A stretch of 64,000 nucleotides of DNA, taken from contig DF237320.1 of assembly GCA_000708835.1 (NCBI GenBank), positions 1 through 64,000 on the forward strand, written 5' to 3'. The first letter of the stretch is position 1, and each line of letters begins with the position of its first letter. The notes beneath the pieces were generated by a model. That model saw only the letters and a program-made list of their open reading frames with translations, was not told the DNA's origin and did no database searches. Origin of the DNA: Klebsormidium nitens. Lineage: Eukaryota > Plantae > Klebsormidiophyceae. Below are positions 63,247-64,000 of this stretch, one piece after another. A program made the translations under genes and the position numbers.

Positions 63247-64000
63247 ATGGTTGATGCTGCTTGGCTGCCACCGGCGGTGCGCAGAGAGGCCACACAACGC
63301 CTTCTTCTGCTCTGCGTCATCACGGCTGTTGTTTTAGGGGGTCCTCTGCTGGTCACCAGTGGCGGCTGTCAGCTGGGGAGTCTTGCGAGCTTTCGAATCG
63401 CACAGATCGTCTTGGAGTCGAGTAACAGCGCTCCCGTCACTCCCAGCGGTCTGAGTCAACCAGAAGAGACACGAACTCACGCTTTAGCACTTCTGCGGGC
63501 GCAGTCCTGGGGCTCCGCCTTCCACCAAGCAAAGCTGCTGGAGACAGTTGGTTATATGGGCGAGGAGGAGCGGCCCACTGGGCTTTGCTACGAAAACCGA
63601 TCCATGGCGGATTTCACCATCCAAGCGGAAGATTTAAGAGCACAGAATGTCAGCACCTTTGTGCCCCTCTACTTCAACATTCAGGAAGCGAAGGCCCCCT
63701 CTCCCGGCAAACGTGGGCTTGGAGGCAAATACTTCTATATCAGTGTGGAAGGGAGGCCTTGGGCAGATCCTGGCACGGTGGTGCGCCTGCCACAGCCCCT
63801 TGTTTGGGATCACAGCAATGGATCTTACACGGTTGCCTTTGAAGTCTATGACGAGGACGTCACGTACAATATCACTGTTTCTCTGTGGCATGCGGGGTAT
63901 GCGGGGTACCTGGGGAATCTGAGGGATTTCCACTGGGGCGACTGCTGCCCAGCGCTGCCGCAGATGACATTCCTAGAGTCCTTCACCTTTTCTACCAGAA
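63247..64000 (+). CDS. Type-II membrane protein with filamin/Ig-like module resembling NXPE/PC-esterase-family N-termini; partial, runs off the window
   Basis: Open frame of 251 codons, absent from the ORF track presumably because it has no stop. MVDAAWL…, TM LLLLCVITAVVLGGPLLV, then GLGGKYFYISVEG…VWDHSNGSYTVAFEVYDEDVTYNITVSLWH. Confidence 0.7.
   Translation, partial: MVDAAWLPPAVRREATQRLLLLCVITAVVLGGPLLVTSGGCQLGSLASFRIAQIVLESSNSAPVTPSGLSQPEETRTHALALLRAQSWGSAFHQAKLLETVGYMGEEERPTGLCYENRSMADFTIQAEDLRAQNVSTFVPLYFNIQEAKAPSPGKRGLGGKYFYISVEGRPWADPGTVVRLPQPLVWDHSNGSYTVAFEVYDEDVTYNITVSLWHAGYAGYLGNLRDFHWGDCCPALPQMTFLESFTFSTR

Noticed and set aside
52832-64000. Endogenous giant-virus origin of the glyco-gene group
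   Set aside because: No viral hallmark genes; the methyltransferase has spliceosomal introns and composition is host-like.

Overview
Eukaryotic, intron-rich genomic DNA (GT-AG introns, 4 N-gaps). Gene content (RLK/Pelle kinase, PDS5-like Tudor, GATA fingers) best fits a streptophyte alga such as Klebsormidium; this is an inference. I hand-built spliced models for: (1) a minus-strand gene of unknown function whose splicing assembles a 2A/StopGo-like motif (RALLATLLMIGCVESNPG|P), lying between oppositely oriented copies of a ~110-bp TGACGTCA-containing repeat; (2) a 10-exon Aa_trans amino-acid transporter; (3) a secreted Cys-rich preproprotein; (4) two inverted paralogues of a type-II membrane Methyltransf_22/METTL24-like methyltransferase sharing a GC-AG intron; (5) a large chromatin-type protein with several GATA-like fingers, an AT-hook and a Tudor domain; (6) a receptor-like kinase with two tandem cupredoxin ectodomain modules, probably decayed in this copy; (7) a decayed ~5 kb segmental duplicate of the transporter plus Cys-rich pair; (8) a right-end group of probable Golgi glycan-modifying genes (methyltransferase, glycosyltransferase-like ORF, catalytically altered NDP-sugar epimerase, NXPE/filamin-like protein). 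Also present: a ~900-bp foldback element, a 293-bp MITE with a 6-bp TSD, a phased telobox-like array and tandem duplications. No rRNA, tRNA or CRISPR array is supported. Product names come from motif recognition only; no database search was run.
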